The position numbers and the translations under genes were made by a program. DNA of 64,000 bases from contig CBDCXR010000004.1 of assembly GCA_965223845.1 (NCBI GenBank), forward strand, positions 320,001 to 384,000, given 5' to 3'. The notes under the pieces were generated by a model. It did no database searches, had not been told where the DNA came from, and saw only the letters and a program-made list of their open reading frames with translations. Source of the DNA: Planctomycetota bacterium. GTDB lineage: Bacteria; Planctomycetota; UBA8108; SXIK01. Numbering within the stretch: position 1 is the first letter of the stretch; each line of letters begins with the position of its first letter. Positions 61,615-64,000 of this stretch are shown here, one piece after another.

Positions 61615-64000
61615 ATGCACGACAGGGGGTGTGAGCTCACGACACGTCGCGCTCAGGCGGTGGTCTGGCTTGTCGCGGCCGGAGTCTTCGCGAACACGCC
61701 TGGATCTGCGGAGGCGGACTGGATCACTTACCGCGGTGACTCGGAGCGGACGGGTCGCGTCGCCGCGGCGCTCGAGCTACCACTCGAGCTAGCGTGGACC
61801 TACACCGCGCCGAAGCGTCCTGCTCCGGCCTGGCCCGCGCCGGCGAAGCGCGACATTTGGAATGAACGCGATCGGCTCGCACCGCGAGTCGTCTACGATC
61901 GCGCGTTTCACGTGGTCGCAAAGGCGGGTCGGGTGTACTTCGGTTCGTCGGCCGACCATAAGCTCTACTGCCTCGACCTCGCCACCGGCGCGGAGCAGTG
62001 GAGCTTCTTCACCGAAGGGCCGGTGCGGCTCGCACCGAGTTTGTCGCCGCTCGGCATCCACTTCGGCTCCGACGACGGGTCCGTGTACACGCTCGGGTAC
62101 GACGGCCGTCTCCTCTGGTCGATCCGAGTCGGCCCGAATCGACGGCGGGTCGCGGGGAACGGAGCCTTGATTTCACCGTGGCCGGTGCGGACTGGTGTTC
62201 TCGTGGAGGGCGACACGCTTCGCGTTTGCGCCGGCCTCTTTCCCGAGGAGGGGGTGTGGCAGGTCGCTCTCGACGCGCGGACCGGACGCGAGCTCGGCCG
62301 CGGCGCTCTCGGGATCTCGCCGCAAGGCTATTTGACGGTCAGCGGCGACGATGTGATCGTCCCGAACGGACGCGGGAAACCGGAGATCGTCGCGCGTCTC
62401 GAGCGACGCGGCAGAGGGTCCGCGGCCGCGGCGATCGAGATCCCTACGCGATTTCGGTACGCGCAGATCGAGACCGGAGAGATCACGTTTGCCGGTGGGG
62501 ACGGCGAGGTCGCGGCGTTTTCGAACGACGACGGCCGGAAGCTCTGGTCCGCGCGCGTGCAGGGAGTCGCGTGGTCACTCGCAGCGACGGCCGGTCGCTT
62601 GCTCGCGAGCACGAGCGAGGGCGTCGTTCATTGCTTCGCGAGCGAGGTGAGCAGCGTTCCGCCTCGAACGGCGAACGGCCGCCGCGCGCGATCGAGTGAC
62701 GCGCCCTCGGAGTTCGTCCTCGCGCGCGAGTGGTCGCGCGGCTGGGGCGTCGTGTTCGGAAGCGGAGACGGCACGCTCCTCGCCAGGCTGGCGCGGGACG
62801 GGCCCGAACGGCGCCTGGCCGGATACGAGTGGTCGCCGGAGCTCGTCGATCTCTCGCGACAGCGCCTCGATCGCGCGGGAGTCTACGGTCGAGTCGCCGT
62901 CTTCGCCTGGGACCGCGCGCGCGAGGCGTCTGCGGCGGTGGAGCTCACCTGTCTCGCGAATCGGGCTTTCGTTACGGCCCGCGGAGCGCCGTTCGTCGAG
63001 CCGGCGGCTGCGTTTCACGCGGTCCGTCCGGGAGGAGCGCTTTTCCTCGAGGACACGGGAACGGCGCGCGACTGGGACGAGTGGCGGCGGGCGAACGCCG
63101 CGCACCGAGACCCCGAGATGGACCAGAAGGGGTGGCGGGTCTATCGCCGTCCCGCCGTGCCGGGGGGCGGATCGTGGACGCATCTCTACGCCGACGCCGC
63201 GAATTCCGCATCGAGCGGCGACCAGCGGGTGGACGGTCGGCTTCGGCTCCAATGGTTCGGCGAACCCGGTCCGCGCGAGATGCTCGACCGGCACCACCGC
63301 GCGATGGCGCCACTCTGTCGCGACGGTCGGTTGATCGTTCCGGGCGACGGCCGGGTGTTCGCGGTCGATGCCTACAATGGCACGCCGCTTTGGACGCGCG
63401 AGATCGACGAGTCGCGTCGACTCGGAGTCGGGCGCGATGCGGGGAGCATGGCGCTCGGCGGCGCCAATCTCTACGTCGCGTCGGGTGCGACATGTCTAGC
63501 GCTCGACGCGGCGACGGGGAACCGCGTCGCCGTGTATTCCGTCCCGGCCCCGAGCGCCGCCTCCCGCTGGGGATGGGTGGCGCTCGACGGTGCCCGAGTG
63601 TACGGGTCGGCCGCTAAGCCGGACGGGTCTCGGCGCGAGCTCGGACGGACGACGATCGACGAAATCTACAACGACCACCAAGCGATCGTCACGAGTGACG
63701 CGGTGTTTGCGTTCGAAAAGGGCGCCGCGCGTCCGGCGTGGAGGTACGGCTCGGAAAAGGAGACCGTCCTCAACCCGACGCTCACGGTCGGCGGCGGGCG
63801 CGTGTACTTCGTGCGAGTTGACGCCGGCGCGGCAGCGGGCCGAACGGATTTGAAGTCGCTGCTATCTCACCCGGCGGCAGTCGTCGCGCTCGATTCCGCT
63901 ACCGGCGAGCCGATTTGGAGTCGCGAGCTCGATCTCAGCCCGCTCGAGCACGCGGTGTACCTCGTGTTCGCAGAGAATCGTCTGGTCCTCTGTGGGTCGC
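61615..64000 (+). CDS. PQQ-type beta-propeller protein with an internal SAM-methyltransferase-like domain (3' partial; absent from the ORF track)
   Basis: Translated by hand, with no stop found to the window end: GGGGAGAG RBS, signal peptide, DWITYRGDSERTG, VYFGSSADHKLYCLDLATG, GWGVVFGSGDG.LL..LA...AVRPGG, GSWTHLYADAANS. Confidence 0.88.
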   Translation, partial: MHDRGCELTTRRAQAVVWLVAAGVFANTPGSAEADWITYRGDSERTGRVAAALELPLELAWTYTAPKRPAPAWPAPAKRDIWNERDRLAPRVVYDRAFHVVAKAGRVYFGSSADHKLYCLDLATGAEQWSFFTEGPVRLAPSLSPLGIHFGSDDGSVYTLGYDGRLLWSIRVGPNRRRVAGNGALISPWPVRTGVLVEGDTLRVCAGLFPEEGVWQVALDARTGRELGRGALGISPQGYLTVSGDDVIVPNGRGKPEIVARLERRGRGSAAAAIEIPTRFRYAQIETGEITFAGGDGEVAAFSNDDGRKLWSARVQGVAWSLAATAGRLLASTSEGVVHCFASEVSSVPPRTANGRRARSSDAPSEFVLAREWSRGWGVVFGSGDGTLLARLARDGPERRLAGYEWSPELVDLSRQRLDRAGVYGRVAVFAWDRAREASAAVELTCLANRAFVTARGAPFVEPAAAFHAVRPGGALFLEDTGTARDWDEWRRANAAHRDPEMDQKGWRVYRRPAVPGGGSWTHLYADAANSASSGDQRVDGRLRLQWFGEPGPREMLDRHHRAMAPLCRDGRLIVPGDGRVFAVDAYNGTPLWTREIDESRRLGVGRDAGSMALGGANLYVASGATCLALDAATGNRVAVYSVPAPSAASRWGWVALDGARVYGSAAKPDGSRRELGRTTIDEIYNDHQAIVTSDAVFAFEKGAARPAWRYGSEKETVLNPTLTVGGGRVYFVRVDAGAAAGRTDLKSLLSHPAAVVALDSATGEPIWSRELDLSPLEHAVYLVFAENRLVLCGS

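Noticed and set aside
1-64000. Genome-wide reassignment of UGA to Trp or Gly as the explanation for the in-frame TGAs
   Set aside because: Many genes end in TGA exactly at domain ends or in ATGA/GTGA overlaps (3879, 11770, 15212, 22022, 52052, 57537). TGG is used freely, and the clearest internal TGA aligns with a catalytic Cys.
1-64000. tRNA-Sec, sel genes, transposases, integrases, CRISPR arrays
   Set aside because: I looked for these and recognised none in this window.

Overview
High-GC bacterial chromosome segment, most likely a planctomycete. That call is inferred from the gene families (DUF1570, TIGR02999-type ECF sigma, DCNxNG repeats, dockerin-like tails, sulfatase, PQQ-type propeller), not from a marker gene. 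No rRNA, tRNA, CRISPR array or mobile element was recognised. Main result: three genes that the ORF track splits in two are each one reading frame interrupted by a single in-frame TGA, and each TGA is followed by a hairpin with a GU-containing apical loop (candidate bacterial SECIS). They are (i) a SelN-like thioredoxin-fold protein with DDC-U (16112-16114, minus strand), (ii) a TlpA redoxin with W-U-GPC (19915-19917), and (iii) a ~1430-aa TPR/FG-GAP/ASPIC-UnbV/TlpA/TPR protein with DL-U-SFFWRQ (35331-35333). All three have N-terminal export signals or anchors, which suggests a set of extracytoplasmic selenoproteins; two of them flank an ECF sigma/anti-sigma pair. Other contents: five secreted proteins with a shared dockerin-like C-terminus, one carrying a PEP-synthase-type ATP-grasp domain; a Ser/Thr kinase-ECF pair; and a 15.5-kb low-oxygen island. 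The island holds a divergent cbb3-type oxidase without ccoP, CBS, HPF-like, USP and APH-AAA genes, a FixL-like kinase, an NtrC-type activator and three sigma54 promoters. All calls come from reading motifs by eye; no database search or folding program was run, and selA/B/C/D are not in this window.
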